From an uncultured Syntrophaceae bacterium (lineage in GTDB: Bacteria > Desulfobacterota > Syntrophia > Syntrophales > UBA2210), in contig CAZINZ010000003.1 in assembly GCA_964540715.1 (NCBI GenBank), forward strand, positions 6,751 to 70,750: DNA of 64,000 nt, read 5' to 3'. Positions 8,425 to 16,451 of the stretch are shown one piece after another. Positions within the stretch are counted from its first letter, which is position 1. Each line of letters starts with the position of its first letter. Both the position numbers and the translations under genes were made by a program. The notes under the pieces are model-generated. The model was not told where the DNA came from and ran no database searches. It saw only the letters and a program-made list of their open reading frames with translations.

Positions 8425-9342
8425 ATGAGTACAAAAGAGAAGGACGTTATGGTGCCAATGGATGTCCGGGCAGATGCGCAAAAAGATTATATTGAAAATT
8501 ATTTGACCATAACCCGTGAAAGTGGGCGATTAATGCTTTTTGCGGGTGACCAGAAAGTAGAGCACCTCAACCATGATTTTGCCGGCGAGGGTATTCATCC
8601 GGATGACAATGACCCTGAACATCTGTTCAAGATTGCCTACCGGGCGAATATAGGAGTTTTTGCTACGCAGCTTGGTCTTGTTGCCAGATATGGAATGGAC
8701 TATCCTGATATTCCGTATCTAATAAAATTGAACTCAAAAACTAATCTTGTAAAAACATCTCAATCTGATCCCTTCAACAATCAGTGGATCGATATCGAAC
8801 AGGTAGTAGATTTTCGAAAGAACAGCGGCCTTAACATACCGGGAGTCGGCTACACCATCTATCTTGGAAGTGAATATGAGGCTGATATGCTGCGTCAGGC
8901 GGCGCAGATCGTTTACAATGCTCACTGCTATGGGTTGATAACGGTTCTGTGGATTTATCCCCGGGGCAAGGCTGTGACAGATGAAAAAGACCCCCACCTG
9001 ATTGCCGGCGCTACTGGTGTTGCCGCATGTATGGGCAGTGATTTTGTTAAGGTAAACTATCCTGAAAAGCAGGGATATGAATCAAAAGAAATTTTTAAGG
9101 AGGCTGTCCTCGCTGCAGGCCGCACAATGGTCGTATGCGCAGGCGGTTCAAGTGTAGATGTGAAACCATTCCTGCAGCGGCTTCATGATCAGATATTTGT
9201 CAGCGGCGCTTCAGGAAATGCTACAGGCAGAAATATTCACCAGAAATCCCTGGAAGAAGCAGTGAAGATGTGTAATGCTGTTTATGCTATCACGGTGGAT
9301 GCCAAAGGAGTGGAGGAGGCTTTAAAAATCTATCAATCCTGA
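8425..9342 (+). CDS. Class I (DhnA/archaeal-type) fructose-bisphosphate aldolase family protein
   Basis: 305 aa with DeoC/LacD-DhnA-like sequence and a Schiff-base lysine context (GSDFVKVNYP). A strong RBS (aaaggaggtaaaga) precedes the ATG. Confidence 0.8.
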   Translation: MSTKEKDVMVPMDVRADAQKDYIENYLTITRESGRLMLFAGDQKVEHLNHDFAGEGIHPDDNDPEHLFKIAYRANIGVFATQLGLVARYGMDYPDIPYLIKLNSKTNLVKTSQSDPFNNQWIDIEQVVDFRKNSGLNIPGVGYTIYLGSEYEADMLRQAAQIVYNAHCYGLITVLWIYPRGKAVTDEKDPHLIAGATGVAACMGSDFVKVNYPEKQGYESKEIFKEAVLAAGRTMVVCAGGSSVDVKPFLQRLHDQIFVSGASGNATGRNIHQKSLEEAVKMCNAVYAITVDAKGVEEALKIYQS

Positions 9343-9360
9343 TAAGCAGGACTTGGGCAT

Positions 9361-10116
9361 ATGCAAAAATTAGTTCTACTGCGGCACGGGCAGAGTGTCT
9401 GGAACCTGGAAAACAAGTTTACCGGATGGACGGATGTGGACCTGTCCGATCAAGGTATAGCCGAAGCTCACAATGCCGGGAGGCTCCTGAGAGATGGAGG
9501 CTTTCGGTTTGATGAGGCATTCACGTCCGTTCTGAAACGCGCAATCAGGACCTTGTGGATAGTTATGGATGAGATGGATCTCATGTGGATTCCCGTGTAT
9601 AGATCCTGGCGGCTTAATGAAAGGCATTATGGAGTGTTGCAAGGTTTGGACAAACAAGCTACCGTTGAAAAGTATGGGCAACAACAGGTTCAGATATGGC
9701 GGCGCAGTTATGAAATCCGGCCTCCGGCCATGAATAAAACAGACAAGCGAAATCCAACCCTTGACCCGAGCTACGCTAATTTGAAAAACAAGGAATTACC
9801 TGTTACCGAGTCCCTGAAAGATACGCTCGATCGTGTTTTGCCATACTGGCATGAGACAATTGAGCCAGTCTTGAAAACAGGGAAGCAAGTTCTTGTGGCA
9901 GCACATGGGAATAGTCTGCGGGCCATTGTAAAATATCTTGATAACATGTCCGATGACGAAATTCCGGATGTCAATATCCCCACTGGGTTTCCTTTGGTCT
10001 ATGAGTTGGACGAGGGCCTGAATGCGATCAGGCATTATTATCTGGGTGATAGGGAAGAAATCAGGAAAGCCAGGGAGGTAGTTGCCAGGCAAATTTCCGT
10101 AAAAGAGAAACAATAA
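9361..10116 (+). CDS. gpmA: 2,3-bisphosphoglycerate-dependent phosphoglycerate mutase
   Basis: 251 aa with the canonical N-terminus [26 protein letters not shown] and the later HGNSLRA motif. Confidence 0.95.
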   Translation: MQKLVLLRHGQSVWNLENKFTGWTDVDLSDQGIAEAHNAGRLLRDGGFRFDEAFTSVLKRAIRTLWIVMDEMDLMWIPVYRSWRLNERHYGVLQGLDKQATVEKYGQQQVQIWRRSYEIRPPAMNKTDKRNPTLDPSYANLKNKELPVTESLKDTLDRVLPYWHETIEPVLKTGKQVLVAAHGNSLRAIVKYLDNMSDDEIPDVNIPTGFPLVYELDEGLNAIRHYYLGDREEIRKAREVVARQISVKEKQ

Positions 10117-10227
10117 ATTCTGCATCGATTGGCGAAATTTGCAGCTAGGTAATACTCCGTAGGAATAGTGGGAAAGATATCCTTTTCCCGTTGTTATAAA
10201 AAGAATACCAGAAAGGAGGTAATCAAA

Positions 10228-10476
10228 ATGCCAAGAGGAGACAGAACAGGCCCGAGAGGCCAAGGACCCCGTACAGGCAGAGGTATGGGTGGAACTGGTA
10301 GCGGTAGCAGTGGCGGTGGCGGTGGCGGTGGTCGTGGCCTTGGTGGCGGTACGGCAGCAGGTCCTGGCGGAGATTGTGTTTGTCCAAACTGTGGTGAAAA
10401 AGTGCCACATAAGTTGGGAACCCCATGCTACGATCAAAAATGTCCTAAGTGTGGAACTGCCTTAACACGAGAGTAA
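10228..10476 (+). CDS. DUF5320 family protein with C-terminal zinc ribbon
   Basis: The likely true start is MPRGDRTGPRGQGPRTGRGMGG, preceded by gaaaggaggtaatcaaa. A Gly-rich linker follows, then CPNCG...CPKCG. The 102-aa track ORF begins upstream at a weaker start. Confidence 0.75.
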   Translation: MPRGDRTGPRGQGPRTGRGMGGTGSGSSGGGGGGGRGLGGGTAAGPGGDCVCPNCGEKVPHKLGTPCYDQKCPKCGTALTRE

Positions 10477-10555
10477 AAAGTTTCATTACCAGTAAAAGCG
10501 GGCGGTGGGCATCCACCATCGCTACCAATTCGGTAGTTTCGATGAGGGGGAATAG

Positions 10556-10663
10556 GGGGACACTTCCCGTATTTTACTAAAGGATTTTTGTTGAATGATT
10601 GCGAAAACCCGAGAAGGGCAAAACGGGCGGAAAAAAATGCAAATTAATACGGGAAGTGTCCCC
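10556..10663 (+). mobile_element. MITE-like element copy 1 (108 bp, perfect 18-bp terminal inverted repeats)
   Basis: The left end GGGGACACTTCCCGTATT is the exact reverse complement of the right end AATACGGGAAGTGTCCCC. A near-identical copy lies at 11526-11636. Confidence 0.7.
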
Positions 10664-10767
10664 ATTTTCCAGTTTTCAGAACAGCTCTTTCCTGGGTGAG
10701 GTCTTTAAGGAAGAGGTTTATACCATATCATATCCAATGGACGTATTGTCTACAGCAAAGAAGATAG

Positions 10768-11301
10768 TTAGATTTCTTTTCCCGCACCCATGGCATTAAC
10801 CACGGTATTGATATAGTTGAAATAGCCGACTATGGCTACCGCCTCCAGAATCTGGGAATCCGAGTAGCCCGCGCTTCTTAACATATCGAGATCCTTTTTC
10901 ATAATCTTGTAGCTGTTTTTTGCACTTTTTACGCAGAATTGTAAAAGCAGCTTTTTGTGTTCAGGAAAGTCTGTGTTTTCTATGCCCTGCTTTATTTTTT
11001 CCACCTTTTGCGCGTCTATGCCAAGCATTTTTGCTATACGCTCATGCTCATCCGTACATATGGTGCAGCCGTTTTCAATGGATACAGCAATGGCCAGCAC
11101 TTCTTTTGTCTCGTAATCCAGTTCGGTTTGAGGGACTAAAAGGATGTTTACCATCTTATTGGTCATAGCGAGTATGTCAGGCCTTATTGCAAGGATTCTC
11201 ACTGTCTCTCCCAATTCCCCGGTAAGCGCCTTTGTTACCTCAAACTGTTTTTTTATGTTTTCGTCGACGTCGTTAATATCAGGTAACTCGATGTATGCCA
11301 T
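10768..11301 (-). CDS. Carboxymuconolactone decarboxylase (AhpD-like) family protein
   Basis: 177 aa, all-helical, with a CxxC motif (ENGCTICTDEH) typical of the AhpD/CMD peroxidase-related family. Confidence 0.85.
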   Translation of the reverse strand: MAYIELPDINDVDENIKKQFEVTKALTGELGETVRILAIRPDILAMTNKMVNILLVPQTELDYETKEVLAIAVSIENGCTICTDEHERIAKMLGIDAQKVEKIKQGIENTDFPEHKKLLLQFCVKSAKNSYKIMKKDLDMLRSAGYSDSQILEAVAIVGYFNYINTVVNAMGAGKEI

Positions 11302-11330
11302 ATATATCCTTTCTTTGGTCTTTTTTTTGA

Positions 11331-11464
11331 GGGGTCACAGAACAAATAGGATCAGGCCTACACATTTGCACATTTGGGGTCAGGCCTACACCTTTCATTT
11401 GTACGCCACTTTACTAAACCAGATAATTTTTGTCAATTGTGTACGGCCTGACCCCTTATGACCC
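11331..11464. repeat. Nested inverted-repeat element built on GGGGTCAGGCCTACAC
   Basis: ggatcaggcctacac (about 11349-11363) and ggggtcaggcctacac (11376-11391) face gtgtacggcctgacccc (11439-11455). The outer pair is ggggtcac / atgaccc. Confidence 0.55.
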
Positions 11465-11525
11465 TTTCTCAACCTGTTTAACGTATTCAATCCCGCCGAA
11501 AACAGTTTAACCGCCCGGGGAATAG

Positions 11526-11636
11526 GGGGACACTTCCCGTATTTTATTAAAGGATTTTTGTTGAATGATTGCAAAAACCCGAGAAGGGCAAAACGGGCGG
11601 AAAAGAAAAATGCGAATTAATACGGGAAGTGTCCCC
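11526..11636 (+). mobile_element. MITE-like element copy 2 (111 bp)
   Basis: It has the same 18-bp TIRs and interior as copy 1, apart from a 3-nt indel in an A-run and a few substitutions. Orientation is the same as copy 1. Confidence 0.7.
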
Positions 11637-12215
11637 AGATTTCCCCATAAAATAAAGTAGTAATTTCTTGTACGTCGAGGTATCATACTTTCGGATCATC
11701 GCTCTTTCTCCTTTCATACGTGTTATTCGCTAACACCCTCTTAGGAGATATCGACGGCCTATTGCAAGATATCAAATTGCAAACATTCTTTTGCACTACC
11801 TGGAGGATTGTTCAAGCTTTTGACCAAAAGAAAACAGATATACACCTTTATCAAAATTGACTGCGACAGGAAAGGAGAGAAAAGTGAAAGATAAGGTAAC
11901 CACGGCTTCCGAAACCGCAAAATGGTGGAATCCGGTATGCATCTTGGTGTGGGGGCCGGAATGGAAATGAACCCTATGGCAGTTATCCGGGAAATCATAA
12001 AAAACGGGGTAGGGGTTATTCCGGAATAACCCATGCTTGCATATTTCATAGGTGACTCCTTTGGTGATTTTGCCTTTAAAAAACACAGACCAAATGAGTT
12101 ACCTAATTACTGAGCATGTACACCAGCTCCCTTTTTGGCAAGGAAGTATGAAATATTGATTGTTTCGACCTGACCCGCTATCCGCTCGAAGCTATCAAAC
12201 TGTGAGGTACAAATA

Positions 12216-12986
12216 GTGATAATTATTAAAAATCGAGAAGAGATTGAAAAGATGCGAAAAGCAGGAAAGTTAGCTGCTCAATTACTCAATTATGTCGAAC
12301 CTTTTGTGAATGAGGGTGTTTCAACATTATATCTTAATGATCTTTGCGAAGAATTTACACAAAAGCATGGTGCGATTTCCGCCCCTTTGAATTATAACGG
12401 ATTCCCAAAAAGTATTTGCACATCAATCAATAATGTTGTGTGTCATGGAATTCCTTCAGAAAAAGATATTCTTAAAGATGGTGATATTGTAAATGTCGAT
12501 GTTACCGTAATTTTAGATGGTTATCATGGAGATACATCCCGCACTTTTATGATTGGAAATGTTGATGAAAAAACAAAGAATCTGGTGAATCGAACAGAAA
12601 GTGCCATGTATAGAGGAATGGCCGCGGTTAAGCCGGGGAAATATTTGTATGAAGTAGGGGAAACAATTGAAAAGTATATCAGTAAATTCGGATATTCTAT
12701 TGTTCGAACTTATGGAGGTCATGGAATTGGGCAGAATTTTCATGAAGACCCACCCGTTTTTCATCATTTTACCGAAGATAATAAAATACGTCTTCGGGAG
12801 GGAATGATTTTCACAATCGAGCCAATGATCAATATGGGAAAATCTTATGCCGTGGAAACATCTTCAATAGATGGATGGACAGTTACTACTGTTGACGGAA
12901 GTATAAGCGCTCAGTTTGAACATACAGTTCTGGTTACTTCTGAAGGATCTGAAATTCTTACAAAGCTGCCAAATTCTAAAGTCTGA
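12216..12986 (+). CDS. map: Type I methionine aminopeptidase
   Basis: 256 aa with a GTG start and a GAGG RBS. MAP motifs present: VCHGIP, DIVNVDV, GYHGD, GHGIG, FTIEP, QFEHTV. The gene is visibly AT-rich relative to its flanks. Confidence 0.95.
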   Translation: MIIIKNREEIEKMRKAGKLAAQLLNYVEPFVNEGVSTLYLNDLCEEFTQKHGAISAPLNYNGFPKSICTSINNVVCHGIPSEKDILKDGDIVNVDVTVILDGYHGDTSRTFMIGNVDEKTKNLVNRTESAMYRGMAAVKPGKYLYEVGETIEKYISKFGYSIVRTYGGHGIGQNFHEDPPVFHHFTEDNKIRLREGMIFTIEPMINMGKSYAVETSSIDGWTVTTVDGSISAQFEHTVLVTSEGSEILTKLPNSKV

Positions 12987-13127
12987 TATTATTTCTGATT
13001 TAGCTATTTTCTATAAGGCCGTCATATTTTAAGGAGAAATAGAGATGAGAAAACTCGGATTAATAGTAAACCCAATGGGAGGAATGGGCGGAAGTGTAGA
13101 ATTAAAAGGAACTGATGGAGAAACATA
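12987..13127 (+). repeat. 141-bp direct repeat, copy D1 (duplicate of the 5' leader plus first ~27 codons of the kinase-like gene)
   Basis: Identical to 15301-15441 except for 2 mismatches. Here the coding part ends in a premature stop ([27 protein letters not shown]). Confidence 0.9.
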
Positions 13128-13134
13128 AACGTAA

Positions 13135-13244
13135 TTATAGAGATTTACGAGCAGATCCTGGCAGATGGCATTGTGCCGTTCAGGACGATTCAGGGTGATG
13201 AGGGCGACTTTGTCTTGCACTTCAAACAGTACAGTTTTTTCCAC
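13135..13244 (-). pseudogene. 5' fragment of an enoyl-CoA hydratase (crotonase) gene
   Basis: MEKTVLFEVQDKVALITLNRPERHNAICQDLLVNLYN is a typical crotonase N-terminus. The ORF then runs into the antisense of repeat D1. Confidence 0.65.
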
Positions 13245-13297
13245 AACAGACCTTCTTTGTTGTCAACAGTAAACTGCCAATCGCAAACCGTATATTT

Positions 13298-13963
13298 TCA
13301 CCTGTATGATAAAATTGGCCACTCGCGCTGACGGGCAATCTTTTCAAGGAGCGGTGAAGGTTCAACTGCATGGGGATGACCAACCAGTTCGAGGAGAGGA
13401 AGGTCGGAATGGCTGTCGCCGTAGGCGTATGCTTGTTCAAGGTTCAGGCCATACTCCCGGGCGATCTTCAAAGTAACCGACTTTTTGTGATCCTTAATAC
13501 AAACCGGCCATATTGGCCTGCCTGTCAGAAGACCATTTTCTCCTTCTTCCAGGTCCGTACACAACAGTACGTCAAATCCCAGATCATTCATGACGGGTTC
13601 CAGGAGATATCTCAACGAGGCGGATATGAGGACCAGAAGATGCCCCCTCTCTCTATGAAATTCCACCCGTGAGAGTATGGCAGGAGCCAGATAGGGCTGT
13701 AAATACTCCCTGTAAAATTTCTCGGAACCCTTTCGGAAATCTTCCAGCTTCTTGCCTTTATAAAATGTCAGCATCACCCGTACCATCCGCTCGTCCGAAA
13801 GGAGCCCGAGTTTATACAAGACATTGGCCGTCAGGACTTTGAGCATAAAGCCCGGCAGTATCATGCGGTTGTCCCTCATCCACTCCATAGCCATTCTTCC
13901 GGTTTCCACCTCGATAAGCGTCTGATCAAAATCAAAAAACGCGGCGACCTTTTTGGTATTCAT
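13298..13963 (-). CDS. HAD-IB family hydrolase (SerB-like phosphatase fold)
   Basis: 221 aa with HAD motif I (FFDFDQTL), a cap region, and motif IV (YGDSHSDLPLL). Confidence 0.85.
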   Translation of the reverse strand: MNTKKVAAFFDFDQTLIEVETGRMAMEWMRDNRMILPGFMLKVLTANVLYKLGLLSDERMVRVMLTFYKGKKLEDFRKGSEKFYREYLQPYLAPAILSRVEFHRERGHLLVLISASLRYLLEPVMNDLGFDVLLCTDLEEGENGLLTGRPIWPVCIKDHKKSVTLKIAREYGLNLEQAYAYGDSHSDLPLLELVGHPHAVEPSPLLEKIARQREWPILSYR

Positions 13964-14012
13964 ATATTCCTCGTGAGAATCAGCTTCCCTTTTTCATACG
14001 ATGTCGGCACAT

Positions 14013-14228
14013 CTATGCCGTGGGACGTTTCCTGAGTATCTGATTTCCGATAACGGTGAAGGCTTTTTCTCCTTTTTGGTTGTGGCTTGAATAGCGGAAC
14101 CGGATCGTGCCGCGGTCAGCATGTTTTTCTGACGGGATTTTTTCCAGGACTTCGCCGGCGGAATAGAGTGTATCACCGGGCCTGACGGGTTTGATCCATC
14201 GGAGGTCTTCAAAATATAAATCAGCCAT
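14013..14228 (-). pseudogene. C-terminal half of a MaoC-like (hot-dog) dehydratase; truncated, possibly still translated
   Basis: 71 aa (FEDLRWIKPVRPGDTLYSAGEVLEKIPSEKHADRGTIRFRYSSHNQKGEKAF) matches only the last strands of a MaoC domain. It does have its own GGAGG RBS. Confidence 0.5.
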
Positions 14229-14268
14229 ACATCATTCCTCCCCAGATCCATACATATGTATGCATACA

Positions 14269-14934
14269 TTAAAATGCGTAATTCTTCTTGTAAAAAAGAA
14301 TCACATCTTTGTCGACAAAAGCAGGCTCTGCCTGCCACCGGGCAGCCAGCCATTCAAAGGTTGCCCTCGAGTAGAAGCAGACATGGGTAAGATCGTTTTT
14401 ATAGTGCCAGCGGGAAAATGCCTCACGGTCAAGGACAAGTTTTGTCATGATGCCCAGCCGGGCGCCCGGTTTCAGACAGGCCCACAACCTGTCCAATTCC
14501 TGTTTCGGATTATGGAGATGTTCCACCACTTCGGTGGCGGTAATGAAATCATATTGATTTTCCAGTACAGAGGGATCCGATGCATAAAAACGATCATAGA
14601 TCGCCATGGAATGACCGGCTTCTTCAAACATCTTGGAGAGTGTCGGTCCGGGCCCGGATCCAAAATCCAGACCATGACTTCCAGGCGCTAAAAGCCTGTG
14701 CATTGGAAGGAATATGCGGCTTAAAAATCGACGGTAGCCCTGATCATTCGGAGAATTCCGGTGAAGATCGTATCTGGCCTTTTCATTTTCCGCGGATATA
14801 AACTGTGCGGAGAGGACAAAGACCAGGTTGCATGTCAGGCAGCGAAAATAGTCACGGTGCCCGTCCTGATAGAACTCCTTTGCATCAGTTGTTTCGCAAA
14901 TCGGACAAATATGGCTGTTCGTATTTTGTGTCAT
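14269..14934 (-). CDS. Class I SAM-dependent methyltransferase with N-terminal zinc ribbon
   Basis: The likely start is MTQNTNSHICPICE...CLTCN. The SAM motif is LDFGSGPG. The upstream part of the 280-aa track ORF overlaps a gene remnant and is probably not coding. Confidence 0.8.
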   Translation of the reverse strand: MTQNTNSHICPICETTDAKEFYQDGHRDYFRCLTCNLVFVLSAQFISAENEKARYDLHRNSPNDQGYRRFLSRIFLPMHRLLAPGSHGLDFGSGPGPTLSKMFEEAGHSMAIYDRFYASDPSVLENQYDFITATEVVEHLHNPKQELDRLWACLKPGARLGIMTKLVLDREAFSRWHYKNDLTHVCFYSRATFEWLAARWQAEPAFVDKDVILFYKKNYAF

Positions 14935-15018
14935 CCGTGCCGTGGGCTCATTATTCTTACAATTCAGATGTACTCGGATCCTTTTGATGGCTATGAGGCA
15001 TTCATCCATTCCGGTTAG

Positions 15019-15300
15019 GGGGACGCAATACTTAAATAACGAGGATAAATATTCTAAGCGGCAACGAATGATGATACACTGAAGAAGAAATTGCAAGAAC
15101 TTATTAACCAAGGCGAGGGATGTTTTGTTGAGTTCAAAAAGCAGGTTGAAAAAGGTCTCGACAGAAAAATGGTGTGGTTGAGGCCTATGATGGCCGTGTT
15201 GAAATAATAAATCCTGGCCGACTTCTCTTCGACAGCAGTAAATTTGAGAAGCTCAATGTGGCGCGAAATCCCATATTATTCGATGCCTTTCACAGATTAG
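15019..15300 (+). pseudogene. Degraded paralogue of the AlbA_2/HATPase_c_4 gene at 17588-19009 (start lost, ~0.8-kb internal deletion, 3' truncated)
   Basis: 15019-15175 aligns to 17510-17685, covering the upstream leader and first ~30 codons, with ATG changed to CTG. 15176-15300 aligns to about 18469-18595 (VEAYDGRVEIINPGRLLFDSSKFEKLNVARNPILFDAFHRL). Confidence 0.8.
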
Positions 15301-15441
15301 TATTATTTCTGATTTAGCTATTTTCTATAAGGCCGTCATATTTTAAGGAGAAATAGAGATGAGAAAACTCGGATTAATAGTAAACCCAATAGGAGGAATG
15401 GGCGGAAGTGTAGGATTAAAAGGAACTGATGGAGAAACATA
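15301..15441 (+). repeat. 141-bp direct repeat, copy D2 (functional copy: leader and start of the kinase-like gene)
   Basis: See D1. Confidence 0.9.
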
Positions 15442-16451
15442 TAGAAGAGCCTTAGAACTTGGTGCAACACCGGTAACTCCCCAAAGAATTGAAGACACAC
15501 TTTCTCTTATTAATAGAAAGGATATTTATTTCTTAGTAGCTCCGGGAAAGATGGGAGAAAATTACATCAGACAATTTAATTTTAAATATGAGGTAGTTGG
15601 CACAATAGAAGAAGAAACAAGTGCGGAAGATACTAAGAGAATTGTTCAAAAGATGGCCACAGAAGGTATAGATCTTCTGATCTTTGTTGGTGGAGATGGC
15701 ACTGCAAGGGATGTATACGATGCGATCGGTTTAAAAACCCCTGTTGTAGCCATACCTTCAGGGGTTAAAATGTTCAGCGCTGTATTTGCACTGTCAACGC
15801 GAGCTGCAGCAGAAATAATTAATTCCACGGTAGATCAATATATCGAAAAAGAAGTTCTTGATATTGATGAAGATGCTTTTAGAGATAACAGATTAGCAGC
15901 CAGATTATATGGATACCTGAAGGTTCCAAAGATTAAGGCCCTTTTTCAAGGCGGCAAGAAAGCCTCTAGTGTCAGTAGATCCGCAGAAGATAATAAACAG
16001 GGAATTGCAGATTATGTTGTTGAGAATATGGAAAAAGATAACCTTTATATTTTGGGACCCGGAACTACCTTAAAAACAATTGCTGATAAAATTGAAGTTG
16101 AAAAAACTTTATTGGGTGTAGATGCGGTTTATAATGGCGAACTGGTCGGGAAAGACTTGAATGAAAATGGATTAATAGAGAGAATTAAAAAATATAAGAA
16201 TTCAAAGATTATTGTTACGCCTATAGGGGGAAATGGCTTTATCTTTGGAAGAGGAAGTAAACAAATTACACCGGAAGTTTTGAAATTAGTTGGGGAATAA
16301 GAATATAATTATCGTTGCAACAATGGATAAAATTAAACAGTTAGAGTGTTTAAGGGTTGATACCGGAGATATGGAAATAGATAAAAGCTTGAGTGGCTTC
16401 GCAACAGTAGTTACCGGTTACAAAGAAGAAGTTGTTACGGAGATAAAATGA
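15359..16451 (+). CDS. ATP-NAD kinase family protein (AcoX-like); reading frame broken by a 1-nt indel near 16292-16300
   Basis: The 313-aa ORF ([25 protein letters not shown]..., GGDGT motif) stops at 16298-16300. The next frame continues from 16302 to 16451 (NIIIVATMDKIKQLECLRVDTGDMEIDK...VVTEIK*). Its TGA overlaps the ATG of the next gene (ATGA). Confidence 0.8.

Noticed and set aside
9796-10437. 213-aa minus-strand ORF spanning the gpmA 3' end and the DUF5320 gene, containing a TATATATATAT run.
   Set aside because: The Thr/Ala run is simply the antisense of the Gly-rich (ggtggc)n tract of the DUF5320 gene, and the ORF overlaps two well-supported plus-strand genes.
11884-12030. Two tiny plus-strand ORFs in the 575-nt gap before map: VKDKVTTASETAKWWNPVCILVWGPEWK with a GGAGAG RBS, and MNPMAVIREIIKNGVGVIPE. 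I also asked whether this gap hides a riboswitch.
   Set aside because: I recognised no homology and no conserved riboswitch motif, and only weak local hairpins are present. The evidence is insufficient to call a gene or an RNA.
14256-14269. Perfect 14-nt palindrome ATGTATGCATACAT between the methyltransferase stop and the MaoC fragment, considered as an operator.
   Set aside because: It is a single copy embedded in a low-complexity (cata/tgta) stretch and overlaps the stop codon by one base. There is no cognate regulator nearby.
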